DNA of 64,000 nt, taken from positions 5,861-69,860 of the forward strand of contig CAVQVO010000011.1 in the NCBI GenBank assembly GCA_963717115.1, written 5' to 3'. The first letter of the stretch is position 1, and every line of letters begins with the position of its first letter. The DNA comes from an uncultured Acidimicrobiales bacterium (GTDB taxonomy: Bacteria > Actinomycetota > Acidimicrobiia > Acidimicrobiales > SZUA-35). The notes beneath the pieces were generated by a model. The model was not told where the DNA came from. It searched no databases and saw only the letters and a list, made by a program, of their open reading frames with translations. Of the stretch, positions 31,178 through 41,729 are shown in pieces. Made by a program: the position numbers and the translations under genes.

Positions 31178-31786
31178 TCAGCAACTCGCAGATCGGGCCG
31201 GCAGGAGTCCAATGGTCTCGGACTGCGTTCGCCGGCCGTCGGTGCGGATACCGACGACCGCACAGGGGATCTCGTCGAGGAGTCGTCGGAACAACCGACT
31301 GCCGCGGCGCCGCCGACCGAGCACGACCAGGTCGGCAACCGCACCGTGCCGGGCGAGTACGTCGGCGGGGTTGCCGTGCTCGACCATCGTGTCGGCCCGC
31401 TCTCGGCCGATCAAGCGATCGACGGTCATGCGAACCGTTGCCCACTCGGGCCTCCCGAGTTGATCGGCGATCATGGCGGATGGGCCGTTGGACACCGTGA
31501 TCGGCGTGCGTGTGGCATGAACGACGAGGATCCGATCGTTTTCGGCAAGCGAGACGGCTGCCCACGCGAGCGCCGCGAGCGATGCCGCCGAGCCCGAGTA
31601 GCCGACGACCACGAGCCGACCGGACGACGGAGCGCAGTTCTCGAGGTCCTGGCGATCGTCACCGATGGCGCAAGTCGATCGGTGCTCGGCTCGCTCGAGC
31701 ACCGAACTCGAGGTGTCAGGTGGGCGTTCGATCAACGCGTGGGCCATCGTCTGCGATCCCGTGGTGGTGGGCATCGTCGTGGTCAA
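31178..31786 (-). CDS. Universal stress protein (single domain); start uncertain
   Basis: VVVGYSGSAASLAALAWA and ADLVVLGRR. Confidence 0.75.
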   Translation of the reverse strand: MTTTMPTTTGSQTMAHALIERPPDTSSSVLERAEHRSTCAIGDDRQDLENCAPSSGRLVVVGYSGSAASLAALAWAAVSLAENDRILVVHATRTPITVSNGPSAMIADQLGRPEWATVRMTVDRLIGRERADTMVEHGNPADVLARHGAVADLVVLGRRRRGSRLFRRLLDEIPCAVVGIRTDGRRTQSETIGLLPARSASC

Positions 31787-31922
31787 GGGGCACCTCCGAA
31801 ACCGTGAGCGGGTTGGGTGTCTCGATTCTCGCCGAGTCGTGTGTCGCCCGTCCCTCGAATGTGCGCGGATCGTGCGCGATCGGATTCACCGCTCTGGATT
31901 CCCCACTGCAGGTGTCGGGCGG

Positions 31923-32501
31923 TCAGCTGCCCAGGAGCTCGGCGTAGTCCTGCGCCGATACGGGTCGCTCGGTCAGCGCGCCGCTGCCGGTGGGTACCGC
32001 GGTCACCCGTCCCTCGAGGCCGATCACCACGTCGTCGACGCCGTCGAACCCGGTGAGGGTCAACACGATCTGGCCCACGGCGAGGATTTCCTCGATGCCG
32101 CCGATGGCGGTGAAGTCGTTCGTGAGATCGACGGTCGCCGTCGTGCCGTCGATGTCCACACCACCGAGGGCCGTCGACGAGGGGATGGCCGTGGCCAGCC
32201 CGGCGCGTGCCTCGGAATCGGTTGGCCCGGCCAGGAGCGACGCCACCGTTTCGGTGAGGCCGGCGCCGGCGCGGAGATCACGGGTGACGTGGACCAGGCG
32301 ATCCTCTCGAACGAGGTAGAGGGACACCGCTGTCGCCTCCTCCGGATCCCCGTCGTCGACGCCACCGGTGAGCACGAACGGCTGCGCAGGCTCGTCGGCG
32401 ATCATCGTCGGTGATACCTCGGTTCCAACGCCGCATCCGGTCGCCGTCGCTCCGACGAGCGTCACGACGATCGCGACGGCAGCAAACCTGGCGCACCTCA
32501 C
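31923..32501 (-). CDS. GerMN-domain lipoprotein (LpqB-like partner of the two-component system)
   Basis: TGC lipobox; LLAGPTDSEARAGLATAIP and AVGQIVLTLT. Confidence 0.85.
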   Translation of the reverse strand: MRCARFAAVAIVVTLVGATATGCGVGTEVSPTMIADEPAQPFVLTGGVDDGDPEEATAVSLYLVREDRLVHVTRDLRAGAGLTETVASLLAGPTDSEARAGLATAIPSSTALGGVDIDGTTATVDLTNDFTAIGGIEEILAVGQIVLTLTGFDGVDDVVIGLEGRVTAVPTGSGALTERPVSAQDYAELLGS

Positions 32502-33916
32502 TGATCGCTCCGAGGGAGTTCCAACACGAATCGGGCTCCGCCCGCCGGACTGGCATCACACCAGATCCGCCCTCCGAAGGCCGTGATCGTCTCGGCAACG
32601 AGTGCCAGACCGAGGCCGGACCCCAACGACAACCGGCCCGGGCCCACCCGGGCGAACCGGTCGAAGATCCGCTCTCGCGACTCCGCCGGCACACCGGGGC
32701 CGAGATCGTCGACGATGACGCGAGCCACCGCCGGGTTTGCTTCGACCGCGATGCGGTGCACCCCATCTGCGTGATGATCGGCGTTCTCGATGAGGTTCGC
32801 CATGATCCGTTCGAAAGCGGGCTCGTTCACCACGATCAGGGCACCGAGGGCGGACTGCTCGATGACGAGCGCGATGTCGGGCCGTCGAAGGCGGCGAAGG
32901 GTCCGTTGCATCAACTCACCGATGCCGACCTCGGATCGATCGGGAAAGACGATGCCGGCGTCGTGCTTGGACATCTCGGTGAGATCGATCACCATGCGCT
33001 GGAAGCGGGCCAGGTCGCCGGAGAGGAGGTCGAGTGCTTCGCGGCCTTCCTCCGACAGTTCGTTGCGTCGGTGCTCGAGTACCGCCGCCGAGGTCAGCAG
33101 TGTCGTCAGCGGAGAGCGGAGCTCGTGGCTGACGTCGGACGCGAACCTCGCCTCGCGTTGGAGCCGACGCTCCAACGAGTCGGCCATGGCGTTGAACGAG
33201 GACGACAGCCGCTGCAGATCGTGGTCGTCGGCTGCGCTGAGACGGGAGTCGAAGCTCCCGCCGGCGATCTGCTCGGCCACCGTGCTGACGGCGTCGAGCG
33301 GCCGGACGACGCGCTCGCCGATCCAATGGCCCAACGCAGCGCCGATCAACGTCGACAGGATCGAGCCCACGATCAGCGAAGCCGCCAGGGTGTCGAGCGT
33401 CTCTTCGAGGTCGCCGAGGACGAAGACCTCGAAGTAGACGAGCGAGGCGTCCTCGACCGGGATGGCCACGCCGAGGACGGTCTCGCCGGCCACCGAGAAA
33501 CGCTGCCGGACGGACGCACCCGACAGTGCTGCGTCGACGAAGCCCGCTGGCAGCTGATCCGGCTGGATCTGCAGCGAGGCGGTGAACCACTGGCCGTTGC
33601 GATGGAGCAGCGGTCTGGAGCGCACCTGCGGACGCAGCGACGACAGGAGCTCGGTCTCACTGACTCCGGTGCTCCGCATCCCCGAGGCCACGAGCCGTGA
33701 GTTGGCCCGAACCTGCTCGACAGCTCCGGCTTGGCGCTCGTCGACCAGTGCGTCCCGCACCACGAGATAGGTGCCCAGACCGAGTCCGGCGGCGATGCAG
33801 GCCGCAACGGCGGCCACACGTACCGCGATCCGGACGCGCAGCCGGCGCCAGGGTTCGGCGCCGCGGCGGCGCAGTGCCGCGCTGCGGCGCCGGAGCGACC
33901 CCCACCGATTCGTCAC
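32498..33916 (-). CDS. HAMP-domain sensor histidine kinase (MtrB-like)
   Basis: DVSHELRSPLT H-box, NLIENA, DLGPGV, GSGLGL; two TM segments. Confidence 0.93.
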   Translation of the reverse strand: MTNRWGSLRRRSAALRRRGAEPWRRLRVRIAVRVAAVAACIAAGLGLGTYLVVRDALVDERQAGAVEQVRANSRLVASGMRSTGVSETELLSSLRPQVRSRPLLHRNGQWFTASLQIQPDQLPAGFVDAALSGASVRQRFSVAGETVLGVAIPVEDASLVYFEVFVLGDLEETLDTLAASLIVGSILSTLIGAALGHWIGERVVRPLDAVSTVAEQIAGGSFDSRLSAADDHDLQRLSSSFNAMADSLERRLQREARFASDVSHELRSPLTTLLTSAAVLEHRRNELSEEGREALDLLSGDLARFQRMVIDLTEMSKHDAGIVFPDRSEVGIGELMQRTLRRLRRPDIALVIEQSALGALIVVNEPAFERIMANLIENADHHADGVHRIAVEANPAVARVIVDDLGPGVPAESRERIFDRFARVGPGRLSLGSGLGLALVAETITAFGGRIWCDASPAGGARFVLELPRSDQ

Positions 33917-33929
33917 CGCCCCGGGGCAC

Positions 33930-34238
33930 TCACGAATCGTTGACCTGGTCGAGCCCGGCGTCGAGCGTTCGGCGTGGTCGGATGATGTGGTTGTCCACCA
34001 CTCGATCGTCTCCCTGTCGTGTGTCCACACGGAATCCACGAGCTGATGCCGAGACCGTACCTGGTCCGGATGGGTGACGATTGCTCGGGGCGATCGAAGC
34101 CATGCGGTCTGGGTCGGACCAGGTCGTCGTTCCGACGGCGACGGTGCCATGGCCGAGTCGGGCCTCGTGGCGTTCGCGCCCGTCCTGGAGGTTCCCGACG
34201 CTCGGGACTCGGCTGCTCGGACTGCTGGCCGCGATCAT
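33930..34238 (-). pseudogene. Degenerate, frameshifted OmpR-type winged-helix domain
   Basis: SVGNLQDGRERHEARLG, THPDQVRSRHQLVDSVWTHD and GDDRVVDNHIIRPRRTLD lie in alternating frames and mirror a Trans_reg_C domain. Confidence 0.6.
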
Positions 34239-34244
34239 CGAGCG

Positions 34245-34970
34245 TCAGCCGGGACCGGCGTCGGGATCGAACTTGTAGCCCAGGCCTCGGACGGTCACGA
34301 TCCAGTCCTTCAGGCCCGCCGCTTCATCGAGCTTCGAGCGGAGTCGGGCAACGTGGGCGTCGACGACGCGGAGGTCGCCGTAGTAGTCGTAGCCCCACAC
34401 CCGCGAGAGCAGATCTTCCCGGGATAGGACCCGCCGAGCGCTCGATGCCAGCTCACTGAGGAGTTTGAACTCCGTTGTGGTGACCTCGATGCGTTCGCGT
34501 TCGAAGGTGACGGCCGCCGCGTCGATCCCGACCACGAGCCCACCGAACACCAATTCCGTCGGACCGTCACCCGACTCGAACAACCCGTCGACTCGACGCA
34601 GGAGGGATCGGATCCGCGCCGCCAGTTCCTTCACGTTGTACGGCTTCGTCACGTAGTCGTCGGCGCCGCACTCGAGTCCGGCGACGACATCGTGTGAGTC
34701 GTCCCTGGCGGTCACGATGACGATCGGGATCGCACTCGTCCGACGGACCGTGCGGATGAGGTCCAATCCACTGATGCCCGGGAGCATCACGTCGACCAGC
34801 AACAGCTCCGGCTGGTCGGTGGCGATCACGTCGAGCGCGATCTCTGCGGTCGCAGCCTCGACCACGTCGTAGCCCTCATCGCGCATGGCCAATCGAAGGG
34901 ATGCACGGATGCGCTCGTCGTCCTCCACGAGCAGGATGCGGTGTCGTCCCGATGCCGTCACGAGGCCCAT
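34245..34970 (-). CDS. OmpR-family response regulator (MtrA-like)
   Basis: ILLVEDD, DVMLPG, GADDYVTKP and IVTVRGLGYKF. Confidence 0.95.
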   Translation of the reverse strand: MGLVTASGRHRILLVEDDERIRASLRLAMRDEGYDVVEAATAEIALDVIATDQPELLLVDVMLPGISGLDLIRTVRRTSAIPIVIVTARDDSHDVVAGLECGADDYVTKPYNVKELAARIRSLLRRVDGLFESGDGPTELVFGGLVVGIDAAAVTFERERIEVTTTEFKLLSELASSARRVLSREDLLSRVWGYDYYGDLRVVDAHVARLRSKLDEAAGLKDWIVTVRGLGYKFDPDAGPG

Positions 34971-35471
34971 TGTGTCATCCAGACGCGATCGCTGGTCGAT
35001 CGTTCGTGGGCGGACGCCGGGCCGGTCACCCGGCCCTTCTCGACCAGGCGGCGCGAAGGCGTCGTCGGCGATCGCGGCTGGCCGCCGACGCTTCGGTGCT
35101 GGCTCCCGGGGGTACGGAGGCGACATGGGCAGTGATCGTCGTCGCACGTCGTCGTGGGAGACTCGGTGGTTCGGCGTGGGGTCGCCCCCGACGGAGATCG
35201 TCGAGGGCCATCGACGAACTGGCCGAGGCGTTCGGGCCGTTGGTCGCGCCCCACAGCCGCTGGAATGCCGGGTATCCGGCCTTCATCGGTCTCGTCCGCC
35301 GCGGGCTGATCGGTGACGAATGCACACCACGGGCACTTCGTCGATGATCGAGCATCGGCCGCGATGGCCACCGGTCTGGTCGTCGGTCTTGGTGGGGGTC
35401 GGTGCGACGGCTGCGACGGCCGCTATCGGTCAAACCGACTCGGTCTCGTACCCCGCCGGTCGCGCCCAGGG

Positions 35472-35936
35472 TCAGCGTTTCTTGCCGTCGAGGAACAGTT
35501 GGATGGCTTTGTCGATGCGGCGTTGCCGAGTCTCGTCGGACTTGGCGCCCATGATCTGGTCGAGGTGGTAGCGCTGGAGGCTGTTCGACAGGGCAGCAAA
35601 GAACGCTTCGGTGCCGGGGTGCCGGCGGAGTGCGGCCCCGAAGTCGTCGGGGATGTCGACCTCTCGGGCGGTCTCGTTGAGGGTGAGGCTGACCGTGACG
35701 GGATCACCGGCGACGAGGCCGGTGTCGTTGCGGACGGCTGAGCTCACGCTGAGCATCGACTGGCCCTTCATGGCGCCGATCGTGCTGCGATACCGATAAC
35801 CGTTCAGATCGACATCGACCGGAGGCCGCTTGCCGGCCCCGAGCGCTTCGATCGCGTCGGGCGGGACGACGATGCCGGTGTTGTTGCCGAACCCGGTCAA
35901 GGTCGTCTCGAACCGGACGGTGGCTGGCTTGGTCAT
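35472..35936 (-). CDS. DUF1905 + YdeI/OmpD-associated domain protein
   Basis: TGIVVP...GKRPPV...YRSTI and AKSDETRQRRIDK. Confidence 0.85.
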   Translation of the reverse strand: MTKPATVRFETTLTGFGNNTGIVVPPDAIEALGAGKRPPVDVDLNGYRYRSTIGAMKGQSMLSVSSAVRNDTGLVAGDPVTVSLTLNETAREVDIPDDFGAALRRHPGTEAFFAALSNSLQRYHLDQIMGAKSDETRQRRIDKAIQLFLDGKKR

Positions 35937-36106
35937 GATTTCGTCTTTCTCCGGTCGAGCATCAGGCCACGCGCCTGGCGCTGCCGAACGGGTCGCGTGT
36001 CCGACGGTCGATCCCGTTGGGCTCCGCGTGCGAACGATAGGGCATGGTCCGCCGCCTCGTCCGCGTTCCTCCGGCACGACGCAGCGTCGATCGACCAGAG
36101 TGGGTG

Positions 36107-36877
36107 ATGCCGCAAATCGACGAGTCGACGATTTCCTCCGTTCTCGACGTGTACCTTCCCGAGCGTGCTCGACTGATCGAGCTGCTCGCCGGCCTCGACC
36201 CCGAGCAGTGGGAGCTGCCGACGGAGTGCCCGGCCTACTCGATCAAGGGCATCGCCGCCCACGTCCTCGGTGACGACCTCAGCCTGCTCAGCCGTCAGCG
36301 CGACCACGCCGTGCAGGGCCTCGTTCTGATCGCCGAGCAGAGGCCGGGCGCGGACTTCCGCGAGCTGCTCGACGCCTTCAACGATCAGTGGGTCGATGCG
36401 GTTCGCTTCTTCAGCCCCGCGCTGCTGCTCGAGCTGCTCGAGCTCTCCGGCCGTTGGACACACGACTACTACCGCAACGTCGATCCGTGCTCACCGGGTG
36501 AGCCGGTCCCGTTGTTCGGCGTCGGGTTCGGTGACTCGTCGCCGTTCTGGCACGCGATCGCTCGTGAGTACCTGGAGCGCTGGGCCCACCACTCCCAGAT
36601 CCGTCGAGCGCTCGGCCTGGGGTCGCTGGCCGACTCGCCGTTCCTCGACATCGGGCACGACATCATCGCCACCGTCGCCGGTGCGCCGACCGGTGACGAG
36701 GACCGGCAGGTGGGGGACACCGAGCGACCGATCCGGATCGGTCCACTCGTCCTCGGTACCCGCCAACGAGCCGCCGACGTCCTCACGCTCGGACACCGCG
36801 TCGCGGAGGTGGCTGCGCTGGTCGATGGCCCCAGCGACCTGGTCGACGAGTTCGCGAGCCGCGTCGGTCGACGGTGA
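36107..36877 (+). CDS. Mycothiol-dependent maleylpyruvate isomerase-like (DinB superfamily) protein
   Basis: WELPTECPAYSIKGIAAHV and ERWAHHSQIR. Confidence 0.85.
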   Translation: MPQIDESTISSVLDVYLPERARLIELLAGLDPEQWELPTECPAYSIKGIAAHVLGDDLSLLSRQRDHAVQGLVLIAEQRPGADFRELLDAFNDQWVDAVRFFSPALLLELLELSGRWTHDYYRNVDPCSPGEPVPLFGVGFGDSSPFWHAIAREYLERWAHHSQIRRALGLGSLADSPFLDIGHDIIATVAGAPTGDEDRQVGDTERPIRIGPLVLGTRQRAADVLTLGHRVAEVAALVDGPSDLVDEFASRVGRR

Positions 36878-36992
36878 CGGAGCGGGCGGCGACCGGGCCG
36901 GACGCCGTCCCGTCGTTCGGAGCTCGCGCTCGCTTCTCCGAGTCGGCGGGCTCGATTGTGCGACAATCGATCCGGGCCGAAAGGGGACTTCC

Positions 36993-38402
36993 ATGCAGCA
37001 GCTCAGCGGACAGGACGCCTCGTTCGTCTATTCGGAGCAAACCCACGCACCGACACACATCACGTCGATCGGCATCTACGACCAATCGACGGCGCCTGAT
37101 GGACGGGTGACGTTCAAGGGAATCCTCGGCGAGATCGAACCTCGCCTGCACCTGGCACGGGCCTTTCGCCAGAAGCTGGTCCGGGTCCCGAACGACCTCG
37201 ACCATCCGTGGTGGGTCGAAGATGGTGACTTCGACCTCGAATACCACGTGCGCCACATCGCCTTGCCGAAGCCCGGCGACTGGCGACAGTTCTGCATCCA
37301 GGTCGCTCGGCTCCACGCACGCCCCCTCGACCTGTCGCGGCCGCTGTGGGAGATGTACGTCATCGAGGGGCTCGACGACATCGAGGGTGTTCCCGAGGGC
37401 GCGTTCGGCGTGGTGCTCAAGATCCATCACGCTGCCGTCGACGGCAAGTCCGGCGTCGAGATGAGCACGGCGATCCACACCCAGACGCCGGCGCTCGAGG
37501 TGCCGGAGCCGCCCGAGACGCGGTGGCGGCCCGACCGGGATCCGACATCGGCCGAGCTGCTGGCCCGTGCCGGTGTCAACGCCTGGATGGCACCGGCCCG
37601 CGGCGTGCGTCTGGCCACCAGGCTGGTTCCGGGAGCGGCGCGCGCCGTTCGGGTCCAGCGCCGCCAGCGTGAAGCCGCATCGATGGCGGCGGCGCCGGTC
37701 AGCCGGTTCAACGGCCCGGTGAGTCGACATCGGGTGATCGATGCCTGCTTCTTCGAGTTCGCCGACCTGAAACCGATGCGAGCGTTGGTGCCCGGAGCCA
37801 CGGTCAACGACGTCGCACTCTCGGTGCTCGGCGGCGGGCTGCGCCAGTACCTGTTGGACGAGGCCGAGTTGCCGGGGGCGTCGCTGCGGGCGATGACGCC
37901 GGTGTCGGTGCGAGCCGAGAACGAGCAGGGATCCCTGGGCAATCAGGTGTCGGCGATGCTCGTCTCGCTCGCCACCGACGTGGCCGACCCGGTGGAGCGG
38001 CTCGTTGCGGTGCACGCCTCGACGGCGGCGTCGAAGGAGATCACCGAAGCGGTCGGTGCCCGAAACCTCACCGAGCTCTCCCAGCTGGCGCCGGGCGCGT
38101 TGATCGGGCTCGGAACACGACTCGCGGGGCAGTTCTCCCGCCGCGGCATGGCCGGCGCCGTCAACACCGTGGTGACCAACGTGCCGGGCCCCCGGGAACC
38201 GCTCTACTTCGCCGGCGCCGAGCTGCTGCGCACCTTCGGGGCCGGGCCGGTGGTCGACGGCATGGGACTCATCAACATCGTCACCAGCTACACCGACCAG
38301 TTCGTGCTGTCGTTCACCGCCGATCGCGAGATGATGCCCGACCCGGCCCACTATGCCGACTGCATCGACGCCAGCTTCCAGGCGCTCGCTGCGGCGACCT
38401 GA
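36993..38402 (+). CDS. Wax ester synthase / diacylglycerol acyltransferase
   Basis: MQQLSGQDASF, KIHHAAVDG and TNVPGP. Confidence 0.95.
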   Translation: MQQLSGQDASFVYSEQTHAPTHITSIGIYDQSTAPDGRVTFKGILGEIEPRLHLARAFRQKLVRVPNDLDHPWWVEDGDFDLEYHVRHIALPKPGDWRQFCIQVARLHARPLDLSRPLWEMYVIEGLDDIEGVPEGAFGVVLKIHHAAVDGKSGVEMSTAIHTQTPALEVPEPPETRWRPDRDPTSAELLARAGVNAWMAPARGVRLATRLVPGAARAVRVQRRQREAASMAAAPVSRFNGPVSRHRVIDACFFEFADLKPMRALVPGATVNDVALSVLGGGLRQYLLDEAELPGASLRAMTPVSVRAENEQGSLGNQVSAMLVSLATDVADPVERLVAVHASTAASKEITEAVGARNLTELSQLAPGALIGLGTRLAGQFSRRGMAGAVNTVVTNVPGPREPLYFAGAELLRTFGAGPVVDGMGLINIVTSYTDQFVLSFTADREMMPDPAHYADCIDASFQALAAAT

Positions 38403-38452
38403 CGCCTCGTCTCACGTCGACCGTCCGGCCGCGAAGGGCATCGAATCGATCC

Positions 38453-39433
38453 ATGGCCGCCTCCGCCGACATCCGAGCTGCGGCAACCTCGGTCATGCCC
38501 GACGTCGACTCGATCCAGGTCGAGCCGCTTCCGGGCGGGAGCTCGGCCTTCGTCGCTCGGCTCGTGCTGACGTCACCGCACGGGGTTCGGCGGCGCGTGG
38601 TCTTTCGACAGCACGCCGATCGAGCCGCCAAGGACCACACCGGGCTCGTTGCGGCAAAGGAGTTCCATCTCACGAGGCAGCTCGCGGCCGAAGGCCTCGA
38701 AGTGGCGCCGCCGCTGGCCCTGCACGGCGAGCCGACGTCCGGCGGCCCGTGGCTGGTCTCGGAGTGGGTCGAAGGCTCGACCTCGGTCGATCCGGCCGAC
38801 GTCGACTCGGCGCTGTCGCAGATGGCCCGGTTTCTCGCTCGTCTGCATGCCGTGGATCCGGTGTCGACGATCGCTCCGGGGCTGACGCCGATCGAGGACC
38901 CCGTTGCCGCCCTGCCGAGGTACCTGCCCGACGACGAGACCGGTCACGAGCTCCAGCGGGCGCTCGGCCTCGGTGTGCCCCGGCGTCCCAACGCCGACGT
39001 CGTCCTCCACGGAGATTTCTGGCCGGGCAACGTGCTGTTCGAGCGCAACGAACTCGTGGCCGTGCTCGACTGGGAGGACGCCGCCCTCGGAGATCCGCTC
39101 GTCGATCTCGCCGGAGCGCGAGTCGAACTGACCTGCGCCTACGGTCACCACGCTGCCGAGCGGTTCACCAGCCGCTACCTCGACACCGTTCGTCGGCGTG
39201 CGGTTCCGCTCCTCACGCACGATCTGGCCCTCTGGGATGCGTACGTCTCGACGACGGCGCTGTCGGCGATGCACCGATGGGGCCTCTCGCCGGACGAAGA
39301 GGCGGCCCGGCGAGACGCCACGACGCAATTCCTCGGTTCGGCAACGAAGGTGCTCGTCATGCGGTCCCGACAGGGGCTCCATCGTGGGCCCGAAGGAGCG
39401 CTCGATCCGGTCAGACGTCCTCGCGAGGAATGA
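38453..39433 (+). CDS. APH/choline kinase-like phosphotransferase
   Basis: LHGDFWPGNVL and LDWEDAALGDP. Confidence 0.88.
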   Translation: MAASADIRAAATSVMPDVDSIQVEPLPGGSSAFVARLVLTSPHGVRRRVVFRQHADRAAKDHTGLVAAKEFHLTRQLAAEGLEVAPPLALHGEPTSGGPWLVSEWVEGSTSVDPADVDSALSQMARFLARLHAVDPVSTIAPGLTPIEDPVAALPRYLPDDETGHELQRALGLGVPRRPNADVVLHGDFWPGNVLFERNELVAVLDWEDAALGDPLVDLAGARVELTCAYGHHAAERFTSRYLDTVRRRAVPLLTHDLALWDAYVSTTALSAMHRWGLSPDEEAARRDATTQFLGSATKVLVMRSRQGLHRGPEGALDPVRRPREE

Positions 39434-39857
39434 AGCTGAACTTGCCGTCGTGCTCGAGGACGCCGAGCTGGATCCGGTCGAGATCGGCGAAACCCTTCTC
39501 GCGGGCGGCGCCGAGGAGGTCTTCGATGGTGAGTCGTTCGGTCCGGAGCCGATCGGTGAGCGGCTGCCCGTCGCGAACCACGACGACGGCCTGTCCGTCG
39601 AGGATCCGTTCGGCCGGCCGGAACCGTCTGGCCAGGCCGTCGCCGATGAGCATCCAGCCCACGAAGGTGGACACGGCGATGAGGGCACCCGTGACCGACA
39701 TGTCTTCCTGGGTGATGCCTTGTTGGACGAAGTCACCGAGGACCACGATCACCAACAGGTCGAGGGGCGACAGCTCGGCGAGGGACCGCTTCCCGGTGCC
39801 GCGGGTGACGAGCCACAGAAACCAGTAGATGATGGTGGCTCGGACGACGAGTTCCAT
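39411..39857 (-). CDS. DUF421 (YetF-like) membrane protein
   Basis: GKRSLAELSPLDL and VLEHDGKFSFI. Confidence 0.9.
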   Translation of the reverse strand: MELVVRATIIYWFLWLVTRGTGKRSLAELSPLDLLVIVVLGDFVQQGITQEDMSVTGALIAVSTFVGWMLIGDGLARRFRPAERILDGQAVVVVRDGQPLTDRLRTERLTIEDLLGAAREKGFADLDRIQLGVLEHDGKFSFIPREDV

Positions 39858-39865
39858 GTCGGTCC

Positions 39866-40417
39866 CTATCCGAAGACCCGGGTGTGGAACGACACCGAGA
39901 CCGGCTCGTCTCCGGGGGAACTCACGGTGACCGTGGCGTCGCGTCCTCGATGGATGTTGGGTTGCAGTCGGGCGTCGACATCGACGACCAGTTCCGGTTC
40001 GTCGTCGATCCGGAAGGTCCACGTGACGGTCTCGCCGTCGAAGGCCGACGTGTCCGGAGTTGGCTGGACGCCGTTCTGGTCGAACATCGACAGGTAGTCG
40101 TCGCCGATCGAGACCGACACGGTGTCGGGAAGCGAGCCGGGCCCGATCGAGCGAACCGTCACCCGCAGGGGCGTCGAAAGGCCGGGCCGGGAGACCGATG
40201 CGTGCAGGGCCTCGACGGAGAACGTCGTATTGGCGGCGGTGACGGTCGAGGTTCGGAGCCCGGCGATCCCGGCCAGGGCCCCGGTGACGAGCACCCCGAT
40301 CACCGCAATGGCGACCATGCGGAGCAACCGATCGAACCGATCCCAGCTCGCATCGGGATCGGCGGGCGCCGTTGTGTGTCGCCGCACCGGGCTCGGCGCT
40401 GGACCGGGCTCGGTCAC
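39866..40417 (-). CDS. Hypothetical single-TM protein in the DUF421 operon
   Basis: GTGA overlap with the Rieske gene; one TM helix followed by a beta-rich domain. Confidence 0.75.
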   Translation of the reverse strand: MTEPGPAPSPVRRHTTAPADPDASWDRFDRLLRMVAIAVIGVLVTGALAGIAGLRTSTVTAANTTFSVEALHASVSRPGLSTPLRVTVRSIGPGSLPDTVSVSIGDDYLSMFDQNGVQPTPDTSAFDGETVTWTFRIDDEPELVVDVDARLQPNIHRGRDATVTVSSPGDEPVSVSFHTRVFG

Positions 40418-41364
40418 CGCCGACGCCCCGCCGCCGCTTCGGTGCCGTCCGATGGAACGTCGGGCAGCGTCGGCACGAGGGACAGCGCGGTCACCGGCTT
40501 CCGGCGGAGTCCGCCGAACTCGCGGCGACGGACGTCGACGCCGTCGCCCTCACGGACCTCGTAGACCGGTTGGGGAGCGGTCGCCGGGCCCGACGCGACC
40601 GCTCCGGTGGCGAGATCGAACCGACTGCCGTGCCAGGGACACCTGATGCAGTCGCCATCGACGTCGCCCTCGTGCAGCGGCCCTCCCCGATGGGTGCAGC
40701 GGTCCTCGAGGACGTGCAGCCGGCCCCGGGCGTGCACGGCCACCATGGCCACTCCGCCCGCCTCGGCAGGCACGGCTTTGCGCCCGGCCGGCGTTCTCAG
40801 CAGGTCGAGTGGAGACCAGTCGATGGGACCACTCTGGAAGGCCGTGGTGTCGACGCCGACACCGCGGCGATACGCCAGGTGGCCACCCAGATAGCCGGCC
40901 GCGCCGAGCAGGGATCCGCCGACGAGGCCGAGCCCGACCCCGGCCCGTCGGTGTCCGCCTCCTCGCACCAGCAGCGAGAGTGCGAAGGTGGCGGTGGCGG
41001 CGTGGTTCACCAGGGCGTGGGCCGTCCCGACACGGTGCTCGGCCTCGTCGGTGTCGAGCCAATCGGCGAGGCCGGTGGCCGCAGCCGGAGCCGCTGCCGC
41101 CAGGCCCACTTGCACGAGCCGTCGTGAGGTTCGGCCCGTTCGATCGACGCCGGTGAGGTCGACGAGGATCGAGGCGAGCCAGCACGACATCGGGGCCATC
41201 ACCGCCATCGGATGAGCGGGATGACCGAGCCGACGACCGGTCAGGAGGTCTCGGCGTCGACCCGCCCCGACGAGCGTGGCGACCAAGGGCTTGACTCGGT
41301 GGCCCCAACGGTCGAGTCCCTCCGACCGCTCCAACCAGCCGACGGTTTTCTCGAGCATCGCCAT
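40414..41364 (-). CDS. DUF2231 membrane domain + Rieske [2Fe-2S] protein
   Basis: LGHPAHP, TGLADW, CTHRGGPL and CPWHGSRF; AAGGAG RBS. Confidence 0.92.
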   Translation of the reverse strand: MAMLEKTVGWLERSEGLDRWGHRVKPLVATLVGAGRRRDLLTGRRLGHPAHPMAVMAPMSCWLASILVDLTGVDRTGRTSRRLVQVGLAAAAPAAATGLADWLDTDEAEHRVGTAHALVNHAATATFALSLLVRGGGHRRAGVGLGLVGGSLLGAAGYLGGHLAYRRGVGVDTTAFQSGPIDWSPLDLLRTPAGRKAVPAEAGGVAMVAVHARGRLHVLEDRCTHRGGPLHEGDVDGDCIRCPWHGSRFDLATGAVASGPATAPQPVYEVREGDGVDVRRREFGGLRRKPVTALSLVPTLPDVPSDGTEAAAGRRR

Positions 41365-41467
41365 CTCCTTCGTGATGCGGATCGGTGCGGTCGTCCGAGG
41401 ACTCGAGCGCGGCGGCGCCGGGCGACGCCACGCAGAAGTCTCGGAACGGCGGCGAAGTCGCCGTGGA

Positions 41468-41493
41468 CTACCCCTCCACGACCGATCCGAAAC
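41468..41493 (-). promoter_or_regulatory. SigF/SigB-type promoter for the Rieske-DUF421 operon
   Basis: Minus strand reads GTTT-N16-GGGTAG. Confidence 0.7.
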
Positions 41494-41729
41494 GGACCCG
41501 TTGTGGTTCGAGGGCGAGCCCACACCGGAACGGCGTCGACGCAGGTCCCTGGGGTCGAAGGTCCGGTCTGGTCATCGCGACGGTGGGTAGGATCGCGGTG
41601 AATCCGAGGGGCGTGCCGGCATCGCCGGGCAGTCAGCGCCGCTGTCGGCAAGCCGAGTCCGCAGATGCGTGCTGCGGAAGGGGTCGATCCGTGCCGGTCC
41701 GAGCCAGTGAACCAGCAGATGCAGCGCCG

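Noticed and set aside
35125..35347. Possible small frameshifted gene after GGAGG-ATG
   Set aside because: No recognisable motif and it needs a frameshift; cannot be supported
38453..39433. Aminoglycoside resistance kinase
   Set aside because: Only generic APH-superfamily motifs; no specific similarity to APH(3') or APH(6) is evident
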